NCBI GenBank assembly: GCA_041891055.1
Contig: CP169074.1
Location: 1,376,001-1,440,000, forward strand
Source of the DNA: Halorutilales archaeon Cl-col2-1
GTDB taxonomy: Archaea; Halobacteriota; Halobacteria; Halobacteriales; Afararchaeaceae
Direction of reading: 5' to 3'
Length of the DNA stretch: 64,000 nucleotides
Every line of letters starts with the position of its first letter. Position 1 is the first letter of the stretch. Under the pieces are notes generated by a model. That model saw only the letters and a program-made list of their open reading frames with translations. It made no database searches and was not told where the DNA came from. A program made the position numbers and the translations under genes. Positions 19,921 to 28,376 of the stretch are shown piece by piece.

Positions 19921-22005
19921 TCAGAGTGTCTCGACGTCGAGTATGGTGACGACGTCGCCCTCGCCGAGGACTGCGGCACCGCTCATCCCGGGGATTCCGC
20001 TCAGAATTCCCTCGAACGGCTTCACGACGACCTCCTCCTGTCCTAACACCGAGTCGCAGTGTACGGTGATCTGTCTTACCGAGTCTTTTATGCGTACGAG
20101 CATTCCGTCGCCGTTCTTCGTCTCTGCGGGGACGTCGAGTGCGTCACCGAGACGAACGAGAGAGTAGACCTGGTCGTCGTGGACAGTGACCTCCTCCCCT
20201 TCTACTGTACGTACGTCATCCATCCTGCCTATCTCCTCGACGTTCTTGACAGGTATTCCGTACTCCTCGTCGCCCGTCTCGACGAGTAGAACCTTGACTA
20301 TAGCGACTGTGACGGGAAGTGTGAGACGGACAAGGGTGCCCTCGTCGGGCTCGCTCTCTACTTCGAGGGAGCCGTCGAGGCTTCTTATCGTGTTGCTCAC
20401 GACGTCCATTCCGACGCCGCGTCCGCTGACCTCGGTGACCTCGTCGGTGGTTGAGAATCCCGAGTGGAAGATGAGCTCGTATACCTCCGACTCGTCGAGA
20501 GCCTCAACCTCGTCGCGCGTCATTATCCCTTCGTCGACAGCCTTCGACTTTATAGCCTCCTTGTCGAGACCGCGTCCGTCGTCCTCTATCTCTATCGTGA
20601 CCCGGTCGCGTTCCCTCTCGCCACGGAGGTAGACGGTTCCCTCACGCGGCTTCCCCTTCTCCTCACGAACCTCGGGGGACTCTATTCCGTGGTCTACGGC
20701 GTTACGTATGAGATGCATCAGGGGGTCGCCTATCTCGTTGAGGACGGTTCTGTCGAGCTCTATGTCCTTCCCCTCCATCACGAGGTTTATCTCCTTGTCC
20801 TGTGACCGCGCGAGGTCACGCACGAGACGTGGGAACTTGCCGACTATCTTCTCAAGAGGGACGAGACGTATGTCCATCACAGTGTCCTGGAGGCTCGACG
20901 AGATCTTGTCGAGCTCGTCTAGCTCGTCCTCGGCGTCCTCAAGCTCGTCGTGTTCGACAGCACGTCTGAGCTTTATACGGCTCGTGACTAGCTCCTCGAC
21001 ACGGTTGAGAAGCTTGTCGAGCTGGTCAACATCGACACGTATCGACTGTACCTCGTCGACCGACTCGGCCTCTGTCTTCGAACTGTCTTTGTCCTCGGAG
21101 CCGCTTGTGGTCTCCTGTGTCGTCTCCGGCTCGGACGAAGAGTCGGAGTCGTCGGGTGACTCGGTCTCTGCTTCGTCTTCTTCTTTGGCTCCCTCTTCGA
21201 GGCTGTCGGGGACTTCTACGACACCGACCGACTCGACCTTGCCTATCGATTCTATCTCTTCACGTGTCCCCGAGACGTCGTCGACGGGAGTCACGAAGAC
21301 GCCGAAGCTCTCGTCGAAGTTGCCCTCCTGTATCTCGTCTGTCTCGGGAGTGGTCTCAAGTATCTCTGTGATTCCGTCGATCTCGTCTAGAACGAGCATA
21401 GCATCGACGCCCTTCATCTCACCCGCCTTAGTCCCGACCTCAGCGTAGACGACCTCCTCGGCATCACGGATATGTGAGACGTCGACAGACTCCGATCCGA
21501 GAGCCTCGTCGAGGTCTACGTCTGCGTCGGCATCGGCGTCTGTGTCGGTGTCAGTGCCCGTGTCTGTTTCGTCGTCAACGCCCTCTTGGGTCGCAGTAGC
21601 CTGAGCCTCCTCACCGTCGGACTCCGACTCCTCCTCTTCTATAACGCCACGTATCTCCTCTATCGAGTCAGTCGGGTCTGTCGAGGTATTTCCGTCGTCG
21701 GCTATCTCGTCGAGGAGAGCCTCTATCTCGTCGACGCCGTCGAAGACAGTGTCCATTATCTCGGGAGTAACCTCGATCTCCCCCTGGCGCATCTCGTCGA
21801 GTAGATCCTCGACGGCGTGGGCGAGGTCGCTCGCGTCGTCGAATCCCATCGCACCGAAGTTGCCCTTGAGGGTGTGGGCGATACGGAATATCGAGTCCAT
21901 CGCCTCCTCGTTCTCGGGGTCACTTTCGAGTTCGAGGAGAGCGTTGTTGAGCTCCGTTATCTGTTCCTCGCTCTCACGTATGAAGTCCTTTAGGTAGTCG
22001 TCCAT
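19921..22005 (-). CDS. cheA: Chemotaxis histidine kinase CheA
   Basis: Hpt IFRIAHTLKG, HLIRNAVDHGIE, DDGRG, SGRGVGMDVV, C-terminal CheW domain. Confidence 0.96.
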   Translation of the reverse strand: MDDYLKDFIRESEEQITELNNALLELESDPENEEAMDSIFRIAHTLKGNFGAMGFDDASDLAHAVEDLLDEMRQGEIEVTPEIMDTVFDGVDEIEALLDEIADDGNTSTDPTDSIEEIRGVIEEEESESDGEEAQATATQEGVDDETDTGTDTDTDADADADVDLDEALGSESVDVSHIRDAEEVVYAEVGTKAGEMKGVDAMLVLDEIDGITEILETTPETDEIQEGNFDESFGVFVTPVDDVSGTREEIESIGKVESVGVVEVPDSLEEGAKEEDEAETESPDDSDSSSEPETTQETTSGSEDKDSSKTEAESVDEVQSIRVDVDQLDKLLNRVEELVTSRIKLRRAVEHDELEDAEDELDELDKISSSLQDTVMDIRLVPLEKIVGKFPRLVRDLARSQDKEINLVMEGKDIELDRTVLNEIGDPLMHLIRNAVDHGIESPEVREEKGKPREGTVYLRGERERDRVTIEIEDDGRGLDKEAIKSKAVDEGIMTRDEVEALDESEVYELIFHSGFSTTDEVTEVSGRGVGMDVVSNTIRSLDGSLEVESEPDEGTLVRLTLPVTVAIVKVLLVETGDEEYGIPVKNVEEIGRMDDVRTVEGEEVTVHDDQVYSLVRLGDALDVPAETKNGDGMLVRIKDSVRQITVHCDSVLGQEEVVVKPFEGILSGIPGMSGAAVLGEGDVVTILDVETL

Positions 22006-22034
22006 GGCTTAAACCTCCTGAGCTGTCATTATTA

Positions 22035-23102
22035 TCATCTGTCGGCTGTTATACGTCTCCTTATCCCCTGGGGGATCTCGTCTATGGGGAGGACGTCGTC
22101 GATACATCCCGTCTCTATCGCTCTCGCCGGAATTCCGAAGACCTTCGAGGTCTCCTCGTCCTGAGCTATCGTATCTCCCCCTGCTTCCTTTATAGACCTT
22201 ATCCCCTCGGCACCGTCCTTTCCCATACCGGTCAGGACGACTCCTACGAGTCTGTCGGAGATCCTCTCGGACGCCGTCTCCATTGTGACGTCTATTGCGG
22301 GTCTTACACCATGTATCTTGGGCTCCTGGTTGAGACGTACACGCAGACGTCCGCCCGAGTAACCTGAGACCTCCATGTGGTAATTACCCTTAGCGACGAG
22401 ACCCTCTCCGCCGCCTATCCTGTCACCGTCCTCCGCCTCCCGTATAGAGTATTCCGTAACAGAGTCGAGACGTTCCGCGAAACGTCCGGTGAACTCGTCT
22501 GGCATATGCTGGACTATTAGGAGACGAATTCCCGCCTCTACGGGGAGACATGAGACGACGTCTTCGAGTACGCTCGGACCCCCTGTCGAGGCTCCTATGA
22601 CTACCGTGGGATTGTCGACGTACTCGCCCTCCGTCTCGACCGCAGTAGTAGGTCGCTGGGTGGTCGAAGCAGAAGTGGTCGAGGTATGTGTCTGTCTCCC
22701 GACGTCTGCCTCGGCTACGGTTCGAACCTTCTCGACGAGGCTGTCACGCAGATCCTGTATGTCCATCGAGACCTCGCCGCCGGGTTTCTGGAGGAAGTCG
22801 ACCGCGCCCTTGTCGAGAGCCTCGAAAGTGGCGTCGGCTCCCTCCTCTGTGTACGCACTCAGCATCAGAACAGGTGTCGGCTCCTCTTCCATTATCTTCT
22901 CGACCGCCTCTATCCCGTCCATCCTCGGCATCTGGACGTCCATCGTGACAACGTCGGGCTTCTCCGAGGTGACAGCCTCGACGCCTTTCTCGCCGTCACT
23001 AGCCTTGGCGACGACGTCTATCCCCGCGTCTTCGAGTATGTCGGAGATGACAGTCCGCATGAACTGGGAGTCGTCGACGACTACCGCGCGTAGGTCTGTC
23101 AT
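22035..23102 (-). CDS. cheB: Chemotaxis methylesterase CheB (REC + CheB)
   Basis: VVVDDS receiver, GASTGGP, VQHMP, LTGMGKDG. Confidence 0.96.
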   Translation of the reverse strand: MTDLRAVVVDDSQFMRTVISDILEDAGIDVVAKASDGEKGVEAVTSEKPDVVTMDVQMPRMDGIEAVEKIMEEEPTPVLMLSAYTEEGADATFEALDKGAVDFLQKPGGEVSMDIQDLRDSLVEKVRTVAEADVGRQTHTSTTSASTTQRPTTAVETEGEYVDNPTVVIGASTGGPSVLEDVVSCLPVEAGIRLLIVQHMPDEFTGRFAERLDSVTEYSIREAEDGDRIGGGEGLVAKGNYHMEVSGYSGGRLRVRLNQEPKIHGVRPAIDVTMETASERISDRLVGVVLTGMGKDGAEGIRSIKEAGGDTIAQDEETSKVFGIPARAIETGCIDDVLPIDEIPQGIRRRITADR

Positions 23103-23109
23103 TAAAGTA

Positions 23110-23466
23110 TCAAAGGACGTCGTCTATGGCTTCCATCACACTCGGCTTCTGGAAGGGCTTAGTGATGTAGCCGTCCGCACCTGCCTCGACGGCTTTCCTC
23201 ATCTTCTCCTCCTGTCCGACGCTCGTACACATTATGACGTTGGCGTCGGGATTCATGTCCTTTATTTCGGCTGTTGCCTCTATGCCGTCACGTATCGGCA
23301 TGACTATGTCCATCATAACGAGATCGGGCTGTTCCTCCTCGTACATCTCGACAGCCTCGACCCCGTTCTCCGCCTCACCGACTATCTCAAACTCGTCCTC
23401 GAGTATCTGCTTGAGGAGATTTCTCATGAACTCCGAGTCGTCGACAACCATCACTTCGCGTGCCAT
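23110..23466 (-). CDS. cheY: Response regulator CheY
   Basis: VVDDSEFMR, MDIVMP, YITKPF. Confidence 0.95.
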   Translation of the reverse strand: MAREVMVVDDSEFMRNLLKQILEDEFEIVGEAENGVEAVEMYEEEQPDLVMMDIVMPIRDGIEATAEIKDMNPDANVIMCTSVGQEEKMRKAVEAGADGYITKPFQKPSVMEAIDDVL

Positions 23467-23555
23467 TATCTATCCCCCCTTAGAGGTTCGGCATACGTGT
23501 CTGTGAGTCTGTCTCTTCTACGCGTCTGAGTCCGGATACGGTAGTTCTGAATCAT
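23466..23555 (-). CDS. Putative 29-aa Arg-rich small protein coupled to cheY
   Basis: GAGGTGA Shine-Dalgarno 9 nt before ATG; MIQNYRIRTQTRRRDRLTDTYAEPLRGDR*; TAATG overlap with the cheY start. Confidence 0.45.
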   Translation of the reverse strand: MIQNYRIRTQTRRRDRLTDTYAEPLRGDR

Positions 23556-23584
23556 CTGTTGTAGTCACCTCTCTTTCTTTTTTG

Positions 23585-24484
23585 TTAGACTGAGGAGCCC
23601 GCGCCTGCGTTGACCTCCTCTATGTTTCTGTTCGAGAAGACCTTACCTTTGCTCGTGAGTTCGAGTCCGTCGTCCGACTCCATGAGTATCTCCTTGTCGA
23701 TGAGACCGTTTACGAGTCTCCTCACCTCGCTCGCTTCCTCCTCGAGAACCATAGGAAGCTGATCCTCCGTCGCACCCGAGAAGAGCGCGACAATTATGCG
23801 TTTCTCCGACTCCGATAACGAGATGTCCTCGACCTCCTTGACTATCTCCTGGTACTCCTTTCTGAGATAACGTCCGAGTATGTTGAGATGTCTCCTGTCG
23901 GGGACATAGATACGTGTCGTGACTATCCCCCTGTCGGTCGTGTGACGTATTCCTATGACGGTCTTCTTGGAATTCTTTATCTCCCTCTCGGATATCTCGG
24001 CGTCCTGTACGGTCGTGAGGTCTATCTCGGTGACTCCCTTCGCCTTTATAGAGTCCCTCTTCACGATTATCTTCGACTTCTTCCAGTCGGCCCCCATGAC
24101 ACGTCCGCTGACCTTCGCGGGATGCTGTATGTATACCTCGGCGGAGTTGAGTATAGCCTTGTAGAGTAGGTCACGTAGCTTCTCAAGCCTCTCCTCGTCG
24201 CCGCGTATTATTACGGATCTCTGTCTCCCGTCTTCCTTCGACCTGTAGCCGACTGAGATGGCGTTCGACATATAGTCCTGGACGCTCGGGGGAAGGTTAC
24301 TCTTCCCGACGTCTAGAACCGACTTGAGAGGAACAGTAGTCCTGTCATCTTTCCCAGCGACTACGAGACGTCTGTTGCTGAGGAGAATACGCGCCTTATC
24401 GAAGTCAAGGTCGGCGTTGCCCAGATCAGAGCCAGCCACGTACTCGCCCATGAAGTCAGCGAGCTTCTTCTCTCCGCTGTCCAT
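23585..24484 (-). CDS. cheF: CheF-family archaeal chemotaxis adaptor (DUF439)
   Basis: RILLSNRRLVV, QHPAKVSG, C-terminal winged HTH (IVALFSG..LTSKG). Confidence 0.85.
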   Translation of the reverse strand: MDSGEKKLADFMGEYVAGSDLGNADLDFDKARILLSNRRLVVAGKDDRTTVPLKSVLDVGKSNLPPSVQDYMSNAISVGYRSKEDGRQRSVIIRGDEERLEKLRDLLYKAILNSAEVYIQHPAKVSGRVMGADWKKSKIIVKRDSIKAKGVTEIDLTTVQDAEISEREIKNSKKTVIGIRHTTDRGIVTTRIYVPDRRHLNILGRYLRKEYQEIVKEVEDISLSESEKRIIVALFSGATEDQLPMVLEEEASEVRRLVNGLIDKEILMESDDGLELTSKGKVFSNRNIEEVNAGAGSSV

Positions 24485-24549
24485 CTGTCTATAAGTCGTA
24501 TTTTCCCGTGTTGGTATTTAACATTTTTTGCTCGTCTCTGGTGGAATAC

Positions 24550-24987
24550 TCAGTTTATCCCCGACGGCTCTATCCATATAACGAAGTCGCCGTCGTCTCT
24601 TATGACGCCTTTGACGTTGTCGTCGCCGACTGACTCATCGAGGTCGTCCTCCGAGACCTTTATGACCTCGTGAACCTCGTCGACTAGCCAGCCCGAGAGG
24701 TCGGTCTGGTTCTCGGTCTCGTCACCTGAGTCTGTCTCAGACCCCGATCCGTCGAAGACAATTATGCGTTTCTCGTCTCCGCTCTCGATTCCGAGAACCT
24801 TCTTCGGATTTATTATCTTGGTAGTCTGTCCACGTAGATCCATCACCCCTTCGACGTGGGAAGCCGAGTTGGGAATAGGAGTCAGGCTCCCCTTGTCGAT
24901 TATCTCAGACACCTCCGAGATGTCGACACAGTACTTCTTCTCGCCGAGGTCGAACTCCAGAACCTGTGACTGAGCCTGCGTCGACAT
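24550..24987 (-). CDS. cheW: Chemotaxis coupling protein CheW
   Basis: VLEFDLG, TPIPNS..VEGVMDLRG, GWLVDEV. Confidence 0.92.
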   Translation of the reverse strand: MSTQAQSQVLEFDLGEKKYCVDISEVSEIIDKGSLTPIPNSASHVEGVMDLRGQTTKIINPKKVLGIESGDEKRIIVFDGSGSETDSGDETENQTDLSGWLVDEVHEVIKVSEDDLDESVGDDNVKGVIRDDGDFVIWIEPSGIN

Positions 24988-25032
24988 CTACTCAGACCCC
25001 CTTCGTGGCTGTCGTGACCCTCTGAACCTCAT
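24988..25032 (-). CDS. Putative 14-aa leaderless uORF abutting cheW
   Basis: MRFRGSRQPRRGSE*; TAG directly precedes the cheW ATG; TATA-like TTTATG about 25-30 nt upstream. Confidence 0.3.
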   Translation of the reverse strand: MRFRGSRQPRRGSE

Positions 25033-25074
25033 TGTAACACCGTAGACACGGATGCAACATAAATCAAACGCACG

Positions 25075-25971
25075 TCAGTCCTCTCCTATCGACTTCGAGG
25101 CGAGGTTACGTCCACGTGTAGTGAGTGTGACCTCACGTCTCTTCCTGACCTCGTTGAGCACACCCAGCTCTATGAGATCCTCGTAAATCTCCTCGACCTC
25201 GTCGACGTCGGCCCCTATGAAGTCGGGTATGTCGAACGGCGAGACTCCCGAGTAGAGTGCTGTGAGAACCTGTCTGTCCCTGTCGCTGAGCTCTATGTCG
25301 GACTCGACCTCCTCCTCGAACTCCGCGCCTATAAATCCCTTGAGAGCACTGATCTCACGCGGAGGTGCATAGATGTGTGAGACGACAGTCGTTCCGTCTG
25401 ACTCGGCGTGTTCGACGACGAGTACCTTCCTCCTGTCTCCCTTGATCGTCTTCTCCTCAGCCTCTATGTTCTGTACCTCGTCGAGTTCGACCTTGATTAT
25501 GTCGCCGTCCTCAGTCGCAAAACGCACCGACTCGCTCGACAGTGCTGTCTGTGCTTTCTGCCAGTCAGCCGTGTCCTGTATGACACCGCCTCTCTTGACG
25601 GGATGTTTGAGGTAGACTATGGTTCCGTTGAGGAGAACGTTGTAGAGCGAGTCACGTAGCTCGGAGAGGTTCTCTTCGTTCGAGCTAGTCACGAGGGAGA
25701 CGTGTCTCTCGCCCTCGCGCTCATAGACGAGGCTAACGTAGTTGGTCGTCCTGACTATCGACTGGTTGAGGTCGAAGCTCTCGCCGATCTTCTTGAGCGA
25801 CTCCAAGGGAACCTTCTGTTTCTTGTCGCTGGTTATGAGCCAGATGTTCTTGTTCGAGAGAATTATACGTCCGTTGGTCCAAGAGGCGTCCTGGCGCTGT
25901 GTCGATCCACGTATGAGGGGATGTATGAACTTGCCGGTTATGTCTGCGACTTTCTTCTCTGACTTGCTCAC
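25075..25971 (-). CDS. cheF: CheF-family archaeal chemotaxis adaptor (CheF1-like)
   Basis: WTNGRIILSNK, KHPVKRGGVIQ, ALYSGVSPFDIPDFIG, LTTRGR. Confidence 0.9.
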   Translation of the reverse strand: MSKSEKKVADITGKFIHPLIRGSTQRQDASWTNGRIILSNKNIWLITSDKKQKVPLESLKKIGESFDLNQSIVRTTNYVSLVYEREGERHVSLVTSSNEENLSELRDSLYNVLLNGTIVYLKHPVKRGGVIQDTADWQKAQTALSSESVRFATEDGDIIKVELDEVQNIEAEEKTIKGDRRKVLVVEHAESDGTTVVSHIYAPPREISALKGFIGAEFEEEVESDIELSDRDRQVLTALYSGVSPFDIPDFIGADVDEVEEIYEDLIELGVLNEVRKRREVTLTTRGRNLASKSIGED

Positions 25972-27197
25972 TCTACCTGGCCTCCGAGCTTGTTAACCGC
26001 ACGGAATACGAACTTACGAACCTCCTCGTCCTCATCCTCTATCACCTCGTTGAGAGGACCCAGAGCGCGTTTGTCACCTATCTTTCCGAGCGCGAACGCC
26101 GCCATCTTCCTGACCTCGGGGTTCTTGTGGTTGAGCGACTCTATCAGATCGTCGACCGCGTGCTCACCTATCTCGGCGAGACTCGTAGCCGCAAACCGTC
26201 TAACCTGTTCGTCGTCGTCGTCGAGCGCCGACACGAGGGGCTCGACAGCCTCGCTTCCGCCGACACGTCCGAGGAGCCACGCCGCGTTACGTCTTATGGG
26301 CTTCTCAGTAGCCTGTTCGAGCGCCGAGATTATGGGCTGTGTGCTTACCTCGGCTTCTAGGTCTTCGAGACGTGACGAGACGGTCTCACGTATCTCGTGG
26401 CTCTTGTCTGCGGGGGCGTTCGACATCACCTCTATGAGTGAGAACGCCGCACTCTCCCTCACAGTCAGATCCTCGTCTTCGAGGGCGTCAAGGAGGGGTT
26501 CTATGACCTTCTCGCCGCCTATGCTTCCGAGAGCGAACGCCGCCTGCTTGCGGACGTAGGTGTAGTCGTCGTCGAGTGCGTCTATGAGTGAGTCGACAGC
26601 CTTCTCGCCCCCGAGGTCTGTTATAGCCGTCGCCGCCTGCTTCCGAACCTCCTGGTTCGAGTCGGTGAGTAGCTTCGTGAGCGGCTTTACCGCCCTCTCG
26701 TCGCCTAGCTCACCGAGGCTCCACGCGGCGTTCTCCCTGACCTGTGGGTCGGGATCGTCTAGGGCGTCGACGAGTGGCTCGAAAGCCCTGTCGTCGCCTA
26801 TACGTCCGAGTCCAAGGGCGGCGTCCATCCTTATCACCGCAGCCCCGTCTTCGAGTGCGTCGGTGAGTAGCTTGACGAGAGTCCAGTCGGCGCTGTCAGA
26901 GAGGTTCGTATCCGTGTTGCCCCTGTACCTGTCTATGAGTAGCTTGACGACGTTGACGTCGTCGGACCACGCGAGCGACTCCGCGGCGGCTTTGCGTACC
27001 CTCTCGTCCTCGTCGTCGAGAGAAGCGTCTATGAGAGTCTCGAACTTCTTCTCCTGAAGATCGCCGTCAGCGTCGACGTCGCTGAGTATCTCGGCGGCAC
27101 GTGCCCTGACCGCCGGATTCGAACTCTCCTTTATGTAGGAGATAAGACCTTCGACGTCTCCGTCCTTTTCGAGATTATACAGAGTGGTTTCGGACAT
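25968..27197 (-). CDS. HEAT/PBS-lyase repeat protein of the taxis cluster
   Basis: About 10 repeats of VRxxAAxALGxIGDxxAVxPLxxAL; probable start MSETTL at 27197. Confidence 0.9.
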   Translation of the reverse strand: MSETTLYNLEKDGDVEGLISYIKESSNPAVRARAAEILSDVDADGDLQEKKFETLIDASLDDEDERVRKAAAESLAWSDDVNVVKLLIDRYRGNTDTNLSDSADWTLVKLLTDALEDGAAVIRMDAALGLGRIGDDRAFEPLVDALDDPDPQVRENAAWSLGELGDERAVKPLTKLLTDSNQEVRKQAATAITDLGGEKAVDSLIDALDDDYTYVRKQAAFALGSIGGEKVIEPLLDALEDEDLTVRESAAFSLIEVMSNAPADKSHEIRETVSSRLEDLEAEVSTQPIISALEQATEKPIRRNAAWLLGRVGGSEAVEPLVSALDDDDEQVRRFAATSLAEIGEHAVDDLIESLNHKNPEVRKMAAFALGKIGDKRALGPLNEVIEDEDEEVRKFVFRAVNKLGGQVE

Positions 27198-27289
27198 CCT
27201 CGAAGCCTGGCAGTAGTACAAATACCCGTTCCGAGTATATAATACTCTTGTCCCTTACTTTATTATGGATACACGGATATATAGGAGTA

Positions 27290-27895
27290 ATGGCAGCCAG
27301 GACAGGTCCTAAGACGGGAGCAGGGACACACGCGTCGAGCGACGCCGACGAGATTAACGTGGTCAAGTTCCTGATGGGGGACGAGACCTACGCCCTCGGA
27401 ATAGAAAAGGTCAGCAGCATAGTCGACATGGAGTCGAAGAAGGTCACGCGTCTCCCGAGGGCTCCAGACGCAGTCGACGGCATAGTCGATCTGAGAGGGG
27501 AGACGACCGCCATAATAGACCCCGCGAAGCTACTCAACGTCGAGACGCGCGACGACGACAGCTACGAGATACTCGTACTCGACAGGGACGACGACAAGCA
27601 GAAGGTCGGCATACGTGTCGACGAGGTCATAGAGGTCAGGGACTACACGACCGACCGCGTCGACATGAACGGACAGCTCAGGGACATAGAGACCCACGGC
27701 ATAGAGGAGAAGATGGTGAAGGGCATAATACGTGAGCTCGAAAACGAGGACGAGATAAGAGCCGCGGAGGAGAACGAGGAGGAGACAGAGGAGTTGGAGG
27801 AAGAGGTTAGCCTGATTGTCCTAATCGACGTAGACCGTATGATAAGCGTGATGAGTGAGGCAGAGTCTCAGTCACAGGCGGGCGAGATGCCGTGA
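27290..27895 (+). CDS. cheW: Second CheW, divergently transcribed
   Basis: VVKFLMG, TRLPRAPDAVDGIVDLRG, GIRVDEV; GGAG before ATG 27290. Confidence 0.88.
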   Translation: MAARTGPKTGAGTHASSDADEINVVKFLMGDETYALGIEKVSSIVDMESKKVTRLPRAPDAVDGIVDLRGETTAIIDPAKLLNVETRDDDSYEILVLDRDDDKQKVGIRVDEVIEVRDYTTDRVDMNGQLRDIETHGIEEKMVKGIIRELENEDEIRAAEENEEETEELEEEVSLIVLIDVDRMISVMSEAESQSQAGEMP

Positions 27896-27959
27896 ACGAC
27901 GTGGTAGGGTAGTCGAAGCCAGGGACAAGCTTGATTTCTCCGGATGACTTACTACGAGT

Positions 27960-28376
27960 ATGGTGAAAGTCTCACGTAGCTTCACGATAGACGCGTCACG
28001 TAACAGCGTCTGGGACTTCATCAGTGATCCCAACAACAGGGTGAGGTTCCTGCCGTCTGTCAAGGGCTACCGTTCGCTCGGGGACGGTGAGTTCGAGTGG
28101 GACATCCATATCCCCGTCGTGGGTGGGACTATCAGCTTCCGGACTCACGACATAGAGAGGATCGAGGGGAAGAGGGTCGAGTTTAAGGGAGAACACAGGA
28201 TAGTCTCACTCAGAGGTGTCAACGAGTTACGCGAGGAAGGAGACGACGACGAGGTTGAGGTCAAAGTCGTCTTCGAGGTCGACTCACGTATTCCCGGAGT
28301 CGAGTCGGCGTTCAAGAGAATATTCCGACGTGAGCTGAGACATCTCCAGAAGGGAATGGTGTCGGAGCTTAGTTAG
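27960..28376 (+). CDS. SRPBCC/CoxG-family protein
   Basis: FTIDASRNSVWDFISDP..FLP. Confidence 0.8.
   Translation: MVKVSRSFTIDASRNSVWDFISDPNNRVRFLPSVKGYRSLGDGEFEWDIHIPVVGGTISFRTHDIERIEGKRVEFKGEHRIVSLRGVNELREEGDDDEVEVKVVFEVDSRIPGVESAFKRIFRRELRHLQKGMVSELS

Noticed and set aside
22489-23529. Long antisense ORFs (for example 346 aa here, also 10380-11258, 20708-21448, 29849-30577)
   Set aside because: Ser/Arg- or Val/Leu-rich shadows of acidic, GC-rich genes on the opposite strand, with no recognisable motifs.
25968-27197. HEAT-repeat gene as a novel chemotaxis component
   Set aside because: HEAT-PBS proteins next to cheF are known in haloarchaeal taxis clusters.
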